This document shows positions 55,521 to 64,000 of a DNA stretch of 64,000 nt, in pieces. Origin of the DNA: Woeseiaceae bacterium (GTDB lineage Bacteria > Pseudomonadota > Gammaproteobacteria > Steroidobacterales > Woeseiaceae); assembly GCA_035344175.1 (NCBI GenBank), contig DAORAN010000012.1:4670-68669 (forward strand), in the 5' to 3' direction. Position 1 is the stretch's first letter, and every line of letters starts with the position of its first letter. Below the pieces are notes generated by a model. That model worked only from the letters and a program-made list of their open reading frames with translations. It did not search any database and had not been told where the DNA came from. A program made the position numbers and the translations under genes.

Positions 55521-56972
55521 ATGAAGACACACGATCTAAGGAACAAAGTAGAGGGGTTGCGCGAGGCGGCAGCGCGGCTGGAACCGGATGCGGCGCACCG
55601 AGAGCAAAGCCTCGGCAAGGTAGCTGCCCACGCCGAAGAATTCTTGCGGTCCCTGCCCCACCAACCTGTTTATGCCGCGCCCGGCGATCGTGATGAGGTG
55701 ATGCAGGCATTTCAGGTCAGGGAAGTACCTGCCGGAATCGAAGAAGCACTCGATCTGCTTGGGGCGTATGTCGACGGCAAGGGGCAGACTCTCGGGTCCA
55801 GTCGCTTTTTTGCTTATATACCGAGCGGCGGGCTGTATGAGTCCGCCCTGGCGGATTACCTCGCGGCGGTTACGAATCCCTTTGCCGGCGTTGGCCAGGC
55901 CGCGCCCGGGGCAGTACGCATGGAGGAGTCACTGCTGCATTGGCTTGCGGGGGTTGTCGGCTACCCGGAGACCGCTGAGGGCGACCTTACTTCGGGCGGT
56001 AGTATGGCCGCGCTATCCGCTGTTGTCGCCGCACGCGAAGCGGCCGCCATTAACAGTTCGCGTGTCGTACGATCCGTGGTTTATCTCACGACGCATACGC
56101 ACCATACATTTCGTAAGGCGCTGCACATCGCAGGACTTGGCGACTGCGTTGTGCGCGAAGTGGCGGTCGATTCCCGGCATCGCATGGATCCGGTCGCGTT
56201 GCAGCAACAGATTCAAAACGACCTTGATGATGATCTTTCACCATGGTTTATTGCAGCGACCGCTGGAACGACAAACGCTGGCGCGGTGGATCCACTGGAC
56301 GAAATTGCTGATGTTGCGCAAGAATTCAAGCTTTGGTTTCACGTCGATGCCGCGTACGGTGGTTCGTTCGCTCTCTGTGAAACCGGCAAGCAAAGACTCG
56401 CGGGGCTGGAGCGCACGGACTCGCTGATTCTCGACCCCCACAAGGGCTTTTTTCTGCCTTGCGGAATTGGCGTCGTCCTGGTTCGTGATGGCCGTAAACT
56501 CTATGATGCGTATCATGCGCGCGGCGCCTATATGCAAGACATGTCACACGACACCGAACGTTCACCGTGCGATTTTTCGGCAGAACTGACGCGCCCGTTT
56601 CGAGCGCTTCGCTTCTGGCTACCGTTCAAGATTCATGGCAGCAGGCCGTTCGCCGCGGCACTCGAAGAAAAGCTATTACTGGCCAGGTACTTTTATGAGC
56701 AGGTGTCGTTGATCCCGGAGATCGAAGTCGGATCGCCACCTGACTTGTCGATTGTCACCTTCCGATATCTGCCACGCGATGGCGGTGCGGATACGTTTAA
56801 TCGGCGACTGGCCGATGCGATTCGTGATGACGGACGCGTGTTTTTGACATCCACCACGATGTCGGGCCATTACACAATCAGGATGGCCATCCTGAATTTC
56901 AGAACGCATATCGAGGATGTCGACATGGCGCTGGCGGTGATAAGGGAGAAGATCGCAGAACTGGCTGCTTAG
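55521..56972 (+). CDS. PLP-dependent group II decarboxylase (aromatic-amino-acid/glutamate decarboxylase family)
   Basis: TSGGSMAALSAVVAAR, WFHVDAAYGG and PLP-lysine motif SLILDPHKGFFLPCGIG. An alternative GTG start exists at 55413. Confidence 0.85.
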   Translation: MKTHDLRNKVEGLREAAARLEPDAAHREQSLGKVAAHAEEFLRSLPHQPVYAAPGDRDEVMQAFQVREVPAGIEEALDLLGAYVDGKGQTLGSSRFFAYIPSGGLYESALADYLAAVTNPFAGVGQAAPGAVRMEESLLHWLAGVVGYPETAEGDLTSGGSMAALSAVVAAREAAAINSSRVVRSVVYLTTHTHHTFRKALHIAGLGDCVVREVAVDSRHRMDPVALQQQIQNDLDDDLSPWFIAATAGTTNAGAVDPLDEIADVAQEFKLWFHVDAAYGGSFALCETGKQRLAGLERTDSLILDPHKGFFLPCGIGVVLVRDGRKLYDAYHARGAYMQDMSHDTERSPCDFSAELTRPFRALRFWLPFKIHGSRPFAAALEEKLLLARYFYEQVSLIPEIEVGSPPDLSIVTFRYLPRDGGADTFNRRLADAIRDDGRVFLTSTTMSGHYTIRMAILNFRTHIEDVDMALAVIREKIAELAA

Positions 56973-57011
56973 CCGGGACAGTTCATGAATGCAATCGCGC
57001 GTTGTCTGCAA

Positions 57012-57986
57012 TTACAAGTTCAACACCAGGTATCCGCTTACCGCCCGCGAGACACAGACCATCATGGTGTCGCCGCGGATTCGTTCTTCGTCGGAAAGTA
57101 CGAAGTCACGATGTTCCGGTTCGCCTTCCAACACCGCGGTCGCGCACATCCCACATGCGCCCTCACGACAGGAAAAAGGATGCGCCACGCCGGCTGCTTC
57201 AATTGCCTCGAGTATGCTCTGCCCGGGTGGAACAGTCAGGGTTATGCCCGATTGCTTGAGGTTGACGGTCAGTTCAGTGTTATTGCTTGCGGCGGCCTCG
57301 TCTTGTGCGGGCGCGACGAACCATTCGAAATGCACGCTGCCCGATGGCCGATGTCCGGTGGCCGCAGCAACTGCGTTCATCAGCGCCGCCGGGCCGCAAC
57401 AATAAACCTGGTCGCCGGGAGCGAGATCACCAAGTACCTCGGAGACATCAAGGACCTTGCCTTGCTCGTCATCAAAATGGAACCGGACCTGGTCCGCACC
57501 TGCGCGGCTTAGATCTTCGTAGAACGCTGCGCGTTGACGAGACCGTGCCGCATAGATCAGCCGCCAGGGCCGGTTATTCTGGCGGCACCAGCGGATCATC
57601 GACATGATTGGGGTGATCCCTATGCCTCCGGCCACAAAACAATACGCATCGGCACTGGTATCGAGCGAGAAATTGTTTCGCACGGCGGTGATTCGCAGCC
57701 GCGTACCCACACGGAAATGCGAATGTATGTAGTCGGATCCGCCGCGGCTATCCGCAGACCGGCCGACCGCAATCATATAGTAGTCGGTTGCGCGGCAATC
57801 GTTGATCAATGAATAGTGCCGGATCAGGCCCCCCGGGAAACTGATTTCGATATGTCCGCCTGCTTCGCATGCGGGCAGCGAGCCTCCGTCTTTGGCGACC
57901 AGCGTGAACGACATGACGTCGCGTGCCTCTGCGTTGACCGTGTCGATTTCTGCCAGTATCGGAAACTCAGTGCGTGCGTTCACCAC
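57012..57986 (-). CDS. PDR/VanB-type oxidoreductase (FMN/NAD-binding plus plant-type 2Fe-2S)
   Basis: IRHYSLIND, GGIGITPIMSM and C-terminal CREGACGMCATAV. Start placed at GTG 57986, 11 nt after the oxygenase stop. The ATG at 58103 would overlap the oxygenase gene by 104 nt. Confidence 0.85.
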   Translation of the reverse strand: MVNARTEFPILAEIDTVNAEARDVMSFTLVAKDGGSLPACEAGGHIEISFPGGLIRHYSLINDCRATDYYMIAVGRSADSRGGSDYIHSHFRVGTRLRITAVRNNFSLDTSADAYCFVAGGIGITPIMSMIRWCRQNNRPWRLIYAARSRQRAAFYEDLSRAGADQVRFHFDDEQGKVLDVSEVLGDLAPGDQVYCCGPAALMNAVAAATGHRPSGSVHFEWFVAPAQDEAAASNNTELTVNLKQSGITLTVPPGQSILEAIEAAGVAHPFSCREGACGMCATAVLEGEPEHRDFVLSDEERIRGDTMMVCVSRAVSGYLVLNL

Positions 57987-57999
57987 AGTATCCCGCCAA

Positions 58000-59121
58000 T
58001 CAAAATACGGCTTCGCGACTAGGTTTGCGTGCACCGCCGGGCACCGGGTCGTGAATTCTAGGCGTCGCTTGAACGCTCGGGGACGTTTGTCCGTTGCGTT
58101 CATCCTCGATCATCTTGCTCAAGGTCTGTCGGAAGTGCGACAACGGCACATCGGCGGCGATCTGCTTTAGCTCGAAATCGGGGTCGGCGTCCAACATCTC
58201 CTGTTGGTACTCGATAATGTGTTTATCTTCCATGAAGCCCTCCATCAGGCTATCACGCAATGACCGCGAAATATTGTGGTCGTCGCCTTCGAAGTTATTC
58301 AGGTAAATATGGAAGAAATGCGTGGTCTTGCGCGTCTCCGGAGTGATGAACTGGCAGTTACGGTACTCACGCGCGCCTTCCAGATTACCTTTCTCAGCGC
58401 CGTTACCGGCCGGTGCAAACATCGACTCCAGCGAGAAGACACCCGGAATGCGCATGTGCCCTATGTTGCGGCGGTCGACCTTGTCGTTCTTGTTCGGAAT
58501 AACCTTGCGATGAAATGGCGGTGCATCGCCATTCATATGCCAACGTTCGACGCGGAACCCGTCGTCCAGGCGCTCGACGGATACCGGCTTGGTCACAAAG
58601 GCATATTCCTCAGACCCACCCAGTGTGTTCGTGTGCACAAACGCCAAATGTGCAAAATCACTCAGGTTGTCAATGATCAACAGGTAATTCGCATCGTAGT
58701 GCAGGTAGTCGGGAATCCCCTTCCACATGGGATTGTCCATATAAGGCAGGTCTATGATGTTGTCAGGATCAGCCTTGGCGGGATCCCCCATCCATACCCA
58801 GAACAGGCCGTACTTACCATGCGCCGGAAAGCTGCGCACGGTGAGCGTCGGTGGAATTTTTTCCTGGCCCGGTATCTGGATGCATTTTCCCGACGGATCG
58901 AAGAGCAATCCATGGTACATGCAGCGAACGTCATCTCCTTCGCGTCGCCCAATCGAAAGCGGCGCTCCGCGGTGGCAGCAACGATCTTCGAGCGCGATCA
59001 CCTTGCCACTGTCACCGCGATAGAAAAGGATTTTTTTCTCCAGGATCGTGCGGGACAGCATCCTGCCGTCAATCAGCTCGTAGTCCCAACCTGCCGCGTA
59101 CCAGCAATTATTCAAAAACAT
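58000..59121 (-). CDS. Rieske non-haem iron oxygenase, VanA-like (class IA monooxygenase/demethylase alpha subunit)
   Basis: NCWYAAGWDYEL, Rieske CCHRGAPLS...CMYHGLLFD, and mononuclear-iron region DNLSDFAHLAFVH. Confidence 0.9.
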   Translation of the reverse strand: MFLNNCWYAAGWDYELIDGRMLSRTILEKKILFYRGDSGKVIALEDRCCHRGAPLSIGRREGDDVRCMYHGLLFDPSGKCIQIPGQEKIPPTLTVRSFPAHGKYGLFWVWMGDPAKADPDNIIDLPYMDNPMWKGIPDYLHYDANYLLIIDNLSDFAHLAFVHTNTLGGSEEYAFVTKPVSVERLDDGFRVERWHMNGDAPPFHRKVIPNKNDKVDRRNIGHMRIPGVFSLESMFAPAGNGAEKGNLEGAREYRNCQFITPETRKTTHFFHIYLNNFEGDDHNISRSLRDSLMEGFMEDKHIIEYQQEMLDADPDFELKQIAADVPLSHFRQTLSKMIEDERNGQTSPSVQATPRIHDPVPGGARKPSREAVF

Positions 59122-59258
59122 GGGTCACTCCCAGCTAGTTATTGGTCGGCGCGCGATAGCCTTGCCACACGCACCTGCATTGAGTGACCCCAATTTAGCG
59201 CAGCGGCACCTGTCATTTAAAGATTGAATTCTGGAATGATTGTTCGGATAATTGCACA

Positions 59259-60149
59259 ATGCGCTTCGATGACCTAAACGTGTTCCACCACGTTGTAACG
59301 CACGGGACCTTTACCGCGGCCGCAAAAGCTCTTGGACGCCCGAAATCCAGCGTCAGCGCCGCCGTCGCCCGCCTGGAAGCATTTCTCGGGCTGCGCCTTT
59401 TGGAACGCACGACACGGCGCATCAGGCTGACCGAAGCCGGAACTCATTTACACGATGAATCTGCGGAACATGTGGATGTGTTGCACGACATCCTGGTCTC
59501 GGTGCAAAGCCAGAGCCGCGCAATTTCAGGCACGCTCCGACTTGCAGCACCGTACGAATTCGGCGCGCACCATTTGGCCGAGGTATCGGCCAGGCTGATG
59601 GCTGAACACCCGGCATTGCGCATCGTCCTCGATGTCGATCACAGACCCGTCGACCTGTTCGAAAGAAATTACGATATTGTTTTTTCGATGACCGACCTCG
59701 ATTTGTCGGATTCATCCATAGTAGGCAAGCGCGTTTTCTCGCTTCATCGCGGTGTTTTTGCATCGCCCAAACTTCTACAGCAATACGGCGAACCCGCTAC
59801 ACCGGATGACTTGTCCAGGATGCCGCTGCTGTGCGGTATCAACGAGAAAAGCTGGAAGTTTATTGATCCGGAAACCGACGAAAGCTGGTTCGAAATGGAT
59901 GTCGATCAGCCGCGTCTCGTCAGCTCCAACGCCAGTGTACGAAAATTGGCCATGCTGAATGGCCTGGGCGTAGCGCGCCTGACATCGACTTTCTGCGAGA
60001 AGGAACGCATGGACGGGCAATTAAAACCATTGTTACCGGGCTATGTGTGCCAACCGCTGACGGTCTATGCACTCATGCCGGCCCGGCGCCTCACCCTGCC
60101 AAAGGTCCGCTTGTTCCTGGATACGCTTGTCTCGAACACCATCACTTAG
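59259..60149 (+). CDS. LysR-family transcriptional regulator
   Basis: HTH LNVFHHVVTHGTFTAAAKALGRPKSSVSAAVARLE plus a LysR substrate-binding domain. Divergent from the Rieske oxygenase gene. Confidence 0.9.
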   Translation: MRFDDLNVFHHVVTHGTFTAAAKALGRPKSSVSAAVARLEAFLGLRLLERTTRRIRLTEAGTHLHDESAEHVDVLHDILVSVQSQSRAISGTLRLAAPYEFGAHHLAEVSARLMAEHPALRIVLDVDHRPVDLFERNYDIVFSMTDLDLSDSSIVGKRVFSLHRGVFASPKLLQQYGEPATPDDLSRMPLLCGINEKSWKFIDPETDESWFEMDVDQPRLVSSNASVRKLAMLNGLGVARLTSTFCEKERMDGQLKPLLPGYVCQPLTVYALMPARRLTLPKVRLFLDTLVSNTIT

Positions 60150-60180
60150 TCCGGGCCAGGCGCTAATCGCGTCGTCAGGA

Positions 60181-61626
60181 CTAATCACGTGCCGGCAGGT
60201 CGATCAAGCGCGTGCTTGCCTCCTCTTCACGATAAGTCATAAGGCTGACGATGACCATGATCAGCAAACTCAACAGCTGGCTGACAAATATTGGTTCAAT
60301 GAACTCGGGCAGATTGCCGTTGAACTTCTGGTAGTAAAGGTAAAGCACGGAAATAAAAGCGGCAATCGTTGACGATACCGCGCCGGCCCGGGTTGCTTTT
60401 TTCCAGAAGAAGGCCAGCATGGTCGGCACAAACAAGGCGGCGACATAAATAGCAAACGCAATGAGCAAGAGTTCGAACACGCTGCGTACGCTAATTGAGA
60501 TCAATACGCCGATTGCACCAATCGCGAGCACTGACCAGCGTGCCACGCGGATTTGCCGGTCACTGTCCATGTCATCCCGGACAAACGGTAGAATGTCCAT
60601 GGATATCGTCGTTCCGCCTATCAGCAATACGGTGTCCGCTGTCGACATGATTATGGCCAGCAATGCCGCGAGGCAAAGGCCCTTTACAAAAGGCGGCATG
60701 TACTCGAGGACCAGTGACGGTATCGCAGCGTCCGCGCCCGCCTGTGTCGATTCAAGGTCCGGAAGCAATTCGGCCGCGTAGATACCAAGAGCGACAACGA
60801 TAAAACTCCAGATAACGAACGCACCTGCCGTAATCCGTACGCCCTTGCGTATGTGGTCCACACTTTGCGCTGCACCCGTGCGCTGCCAAAGCGATACATC
60901 GAGCATCGATATCGGCACATCGATGAGGAATATGGCGACCAGGTACATGACCGTCAGGCCGCCAAGCCAGCCTCCGGCAGGCATGGCGAGTCCCGCCACC
61001 GCGACCGACGGCCCGCCCATATCCGCCACCACCAGCAGCGGCAAAAGCACGCCGATTGCGATCACCATGACCACGGCCTGCATAACGTCCGTGTACGCAA
61101 CCGCGAGTAAGCCACCCAATGCCGTGTAGGCAACCATGATTGCGGCAGATACAACCACCGCCTGCTCATAGCTGATGCCCGCGTCTGGCAGCAGTGTTAC
61201 GACGACGACACCAAACGCATTGAGTTGCGCGCTGAATACGCCTGTTAGCGCGAACAGGATCACAACCGAAGCCAGCAAGCGGAAGTTGCGCCCATAGCGC
61301 AGATGCAGCGCCTCCGGCACCGTCCATACGCCGATTCGCTTGATGATCGGCGCGAGGTAAGAGAACAGGTACAGGCCGGCCGCGTAGGCGAAACCCGCGA
61401 AGAAGATTATCAGTCCGACCTCGTAGGCTTTGCCGGCGCGCCCCATCGTCGCGGACGCGCCAATCGCGGTGGCCAGCAAGGTGCCGAGTAGCACGGGGAA
61501 CTTGAGCCTGCCCCCCGCGACCGAGAAATCCTCGGCGCTCTGGATCTGGCGGCTCGCCCAATAGCCGACCCCAAGAGAGACAGCGAAGTATAAAGCGATT
61601 ACCGCTAGATCAATTCTCTCGAGCAA
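60181..61626 (-). CDS. sodium:solute symporter (SSS) family transporter
   Basis: 481 aa, ~13 TM. N-terminal ALYFAVSLGVGYWASRQIQSAEDFSVAGGRL is typical of SSS proteins. Confidence 0.85.
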   Translation of the reverse strand: MLERIDLAVIALYFAVSLGVGYWASRQIQSAEDFSVAGGRLKFPVLLGTLLATAIGASATMGRAGKAYEVGLIIFFAGFAYAAGLYLFSYLAPIIKRIGVWTVPEALHLRYGRNFRLLASVVILFALTGVFSAQLNAFGVVVVTLLPDAGISYEQAVVVSAAIMVAYTALGGLLAVAYTDVMQAVVMVIAIGVLLPLLVVADMGGPSVAVAGLAMPAGGWLGGLTVMYLVAIFLIDVPISMLDVSLWQRTGAAQSVDHIRKGVRITAGAFVIWSFIVVALGIYAAELLPDLESTQAGADAAIPSLVLEYMPPFVKGLCLAALLAIIMSTADTVLLIGGTTISMDILPFVRDDMDSDRQIRVARWSVLAIGAIGVLISISVRSVFELLLIAFAIYVAALFVPTMLAFFWKKATRAGAVSSTIAAFISVLYLYYQKFNGNLPEFIEPIFVSQLLSLLIMVIVSLMTYREEEASTRLIDLPARD

Positions 61627-62113
61627 CGTTTGCGGCCTCGCCCGTCGGCATAGCTACGAACAGCCATTCCGCAACCAGCGCCGGCCGCTCTTTGCCGCGA
61701 ATCTCGACGCTTGCTGTCAGCGTGAACTCAAGGGCGCCCGCCGAGCGCTCGCGCGCACCGGCAAAAACGAAGCTGCCACGGATCTCGGATCCGACCGGCA
61801 CCGGTTCCGGCATGCGCACCCGGTTGAAACCGAAGTTCAGCATCTGGGTATCGGATCCGGACCCCATGCCCTGCTCGTCCAGAACCTGGTGCGCAAAATA
61901 CGAGAGCATCGCGAGGGTAAAGAAACCGAACGATATCGTCGTGCCAAGCGGCGATGATTGCCGCGCCCATTCCGGGTCGTTGTGATAGGGGTCTTCGTCG
62001 TGGGTCAATTGCGCAAAGGTATCGACATCCTGTTGGGTTACCCGATGCCACGCGGATACGCCGAGTTCGGTGCCGGCCTGCATATTCGTGAACCTGCTTA
62101 TGCTGTCAGTCAT
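61610..62113 (-). CDS. MaoC-like (hot-dog fold) dehydratase
   Basis: 167 aa. TQQDVDTFAQLTHDEDPYHNDPEWARQSSPLGTTISFGFFTLAM is the MaoC hydratase motif region. It overlaps the SSS gene start by 17 nt. Confidence 0.8.
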   Translation of the reverse strand: MTDSISRFTNMQAGTELGVSAWHRVTQQDVDTFAQLTHDEDPYHNDPEWARQSSPLGTTISFGFFTLAMLSYFAHQVLDEQGMGSGSDTQMLNFGFNRVRMPEPVPVGSEIRGSFVFAGARERSAGALEFTLTASVEIRGKERPALVAEWLFVAMPTGEAANVAREN

Positions 62114-62122
62114 GGCTAGCTC

Positions 62123-64000
62123 CTAGTCCCACCGGTAAATGTAGCGCAGACCCCAGGTGCGGGGTTTGCCGTACAACTCATAGATACCGAAAGTACCGTC
62201 GTTGCCGACCGTCGTCCGGTACTCCTTGTCCGCAACGTTCTCGACGTAGCCCATCAACTGCCATTGACCGTCATCCGGCCCCAGCCCGGCACGCAGGTTG
62301 AACAGCGCGTAGCCTGGCTCCCGGAAAATCGCCTTCTCTATCTCGTGCGTAATGATGCTGAGATCCATATCCGACTGGTACCGCCCATCGGCCTGCAGGA
62401 ACATGTCCAGACCGCTTGTGACCGGCTTGTCCCAGCGCGCTACGAAGTTAGCGGTCAGGTCCGAATAGTTCGGTGTGTTCGTGCCGAGCAACGATGCATC
62501 CGGCAACAGTGGGAGCGAAGAGCTCTGTACGTAATTACTTTTCTTAACTTCGGAATCCGTCGTGCCGATACCCACCATGAAGGTAAGCTCGTCAGTCGGT
62601 ATCCAGGTCACGTCCAGTTCAGCACCCATGGCTTCCACGTCGCCAATGTTGACAATTTGCTTGATCGCGACCGGACTCGACGGATCTGCCGCGTTCTGCT
62701 GGACGTCTTTCCGATCATAGAAGAACACGCTACCGTTCAGTCGTACCCGGCCGTCTGCGAGGTCCGATTTAAAACCTGCGTCATAGGCAATTACCGTCTC
62801 TTCATTGAACGGCTCAAGCTGCTCTACGCTGGTGGCAAAGCCGCCGTAGAAACCGCCCGTCTTGAAGCCACGTGCGATGTTGGCAAACCAGAGCACGTTG
62901 TCATGTGGCGTCCACTCCACGCCGACCTTGCCGGAAGGCGCCGTGAAACTCGCCTTGTCATCAGTGCTGACGAAGGGTGCCGTCGAACCATCGGCAAAGC
63001 CGAGCACCGAGCCACCTGCGAAGGTCTTCTCGGCATCGGTGTAGCGCAGTTCGCCGATCAGCGTCACTGTGTCTGACACCATCCACTCGCCATGACCGTA
63101 CACCGCCAGTGCGGTTGTTTCCTGTTCGTAGCTCTGCGGATTGAACGTTGCGCCGCCGAAGAAGGCCGGCAGGACTCCCTGGGCGCCATACAGAACGGAC
63201 GCCTCGTCGAGATCTTCCTTCGCATAGCTCAGCCCGGCTACCCACGACACCGTGTCGCTACTGTCGTAGAACAGGCGGAACTCCTGCGAAAGCGCATCAA
63301 TCTTCGTGTTGTAATCGATGTGCTGGTGCTCGCGCGGCGTGCCATCCATGTCTACGTAGCGACGGTAGTCGATTTGGTCATACGAAGTAATAGACTGCAA
63401 TGAGTAATCTTCGCTTAGGTCGAACCTCAGGTTCGCGCTTGCGCCATTCCAGCTATTTTCCTGAAAGCTCGGGAAACCGCTGGGAGAGGTATGTACGTCG
63501 CCGACGATGCCGTAGTCCTGCTGCTTGCCGCCGGAAATATCGGCGCAAGTTGCCGGGTCCATGCCCTGGCCATTGCGCACGGATGCGCAAAGCGGATCAC
63601 CGAGACCAAGACCGAGTGCGCCATTCAGGAAGCCCAGCGATACGCCCGGCAAGCCGAAAGCGTCAGCCGTGCCGATATCTGCGTAGAAACCCATCGGCCG
63701 CAGCGGCGGCATATCGGAATCATCGTAACCACCGTGCAACTTGAACAGCATGTCCGTGGTGTCGTTGGGGGCATAGCGCAGCAAGGCACGTGCCGCAAAG
63801 CGATCCTCATCGCCCCGCCTCTCACCACTCGTTACGTCGCGGTACAGGCCATCGCTGCTTTGCACGTAGCGGCCAGCGACCCGCATTGACAGGCTATCGG
63901 AGAGTCCGAATTCGGCGGCTCCTTCGAGATCCGTCTGCGCGTACTCCGCTATACCAAGCTGCATATAACCGTTATTGGCAGCGCCGATTTCGGGTGTATT
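62123..64000 (-). CDS. TonB-dependent receptor, 5'-partial (N-terminus beyond window end)
   Basis: Beta-barrel repeats ending ...TWGLRYIYRWD. The frame remains open from 63964 to nt 64000, so the listed Met is internal. Confidence 0.85.
   Translation of the reverse strand, partial: NTPEIGAANNGYMQLGIAEYAQTDLEGAAEFGLSDSLSMRVAGRYVQSSDGLYRDVTSGERRGDEDRFAARALLRYAPNDTTDMLFKLHGGYDDSDMPPLRPMGFYADIGTADAFGLPGVSLGFLNGALGLGLGDPLCASVRNGQGMDPATCADISGGKQQDYGIVGDVHTSPSGFPSFQENSWNGASANLRFDLSEDYSLQSITSYDQIDYRRYVDMDGTPREHQHIDYNTKIDALSQEFRLFYDSSDTVSWVAGLSYAKEDLDEASVLYGAQGVLPAFFGGATFNPQSYEQETTALAVYGHGEWMVSDTVTLIGELRYTDAEKTFAGGSVLGFADGSTAPFVSTDDKASFTAPSGKVGVEWTPHDNVLWFANIARGFKTGGFYGGFATSVEQLEPFNEETVIAYDAGFKSDLADGRVRLNGSVFFYDRKDVQQNAADPSSPVAIKQIVNIGDVEAMGAELDVTWIPTDELTFMVGIGTTDSEVKKSNYVQSSSLPLLPDASLLGTNTPNYSDLTANFVARWDKPVTSGLDMFLQADGRYQSDMDLSIITHEIEKAIFREPGYALFNLRAGLGPDDGQWQLMGYVENVADKEYRTTVGNDGTFGIYELYGKPRTWGLRYIYRWD

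Noticed and set aside
59122-59258. Possible LysR T-N11-A box (ATTGTTCGGATAAT, ~59236-59249) between the Rieske oxygenase and lysR genes.
   Set aside because: It is only an imperfect dyad (5 of 7 pairs), and such AT-rich dyads are easy to find by chance.
1-64000. Searched by eye for rRNA, tRNA, CRISPR repeats, IS elements, integrases, phage genes and known defence-system genes.
   Set aside because: No regularly spaced repeats, no cloverleaf-like sequences in intergenic gaps, and no transposase or integrase motifs in any listed ORF. Absence is based on manual inspection only.

Overview
This is a 64-kb chromosomal segment from a moderately high-GC Gram-negative bacterium. Three TonB-dependent receptors, an RND efflux pump, a TAT-exported molybdoenzyme and an ECF sigma factor suggest a probably marine Gammaproteobacterium, but that is inference only. 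About 58 protein-coding genes can be supported from motifs readable in the supplied translations. I saw no rRNA, tRNA, CRISPR array, integrase or transposase. All family names come from my own motif recognition; no database search was run.

Gene blocks in order:
- **1-2.2 kb:** a TonB-like gene and a PadR regulator, with strongly palindromic intergenic DNA.
- **2.2-8.1 kb:** a DUF3108/DUF374-acyltransferase pair facing a P450, fatty acyl-AMP ligase::carrier protein and FabH operon.
- **8.2-10.9 kb:** a two-subunit IorAB-type molybdenum hydroxylase.
- **10.9-14.9 kb:** housekeeping-type membrane genes.
- **14.9-19.9 kb:** an acrA-acrB-tetR-like efflux operon with a palindromic operator.
- **19.9-32.2 kb:** a visibly AT-richer catabolic island. 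It holds a class-III aminotransferase, GntR regulator, APC permease, DMGDH-like flavoenzyme, TonB-dependent receptor, CocE/NonD hydrolase and BKACE enzyme. A 15-nt motif is shared by its two divergent promoters.
- **32.3-39.2 kb:** a tightly coupled MoxR/DUF58/DUF4350/DUF4129/RDD/SpoIIM-like module of unknown function. This is my best candidate for an undescribed system.
- **39.3-39.9 kb:** a ccdAB toxin-antitoxin locus whose toxin gene is frameshifted.
- **40-45.4 kb:** assorted membrane and exported proteins, plus a decayed response regulator.
- **45.4-48.5 kb:** an ECF sigma factor translationally coupled to a Ser/Thr kinase with TPR repeats.
- **48.5-64 kb:** a scavenging and catabolic neighbourhood. 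It holds an AraC regulator, TonB-dependent receptor, cupin, exported cyclase-family lipoprotein, SSS transporter with an unlisted 37-codon coupled ORF, PLP decarboxylase, Rieske oxygenase/reductase pair, LysR regulator, second SSS transporter, MaoC dehydratase and a second, partial TonB-dependent receptor.
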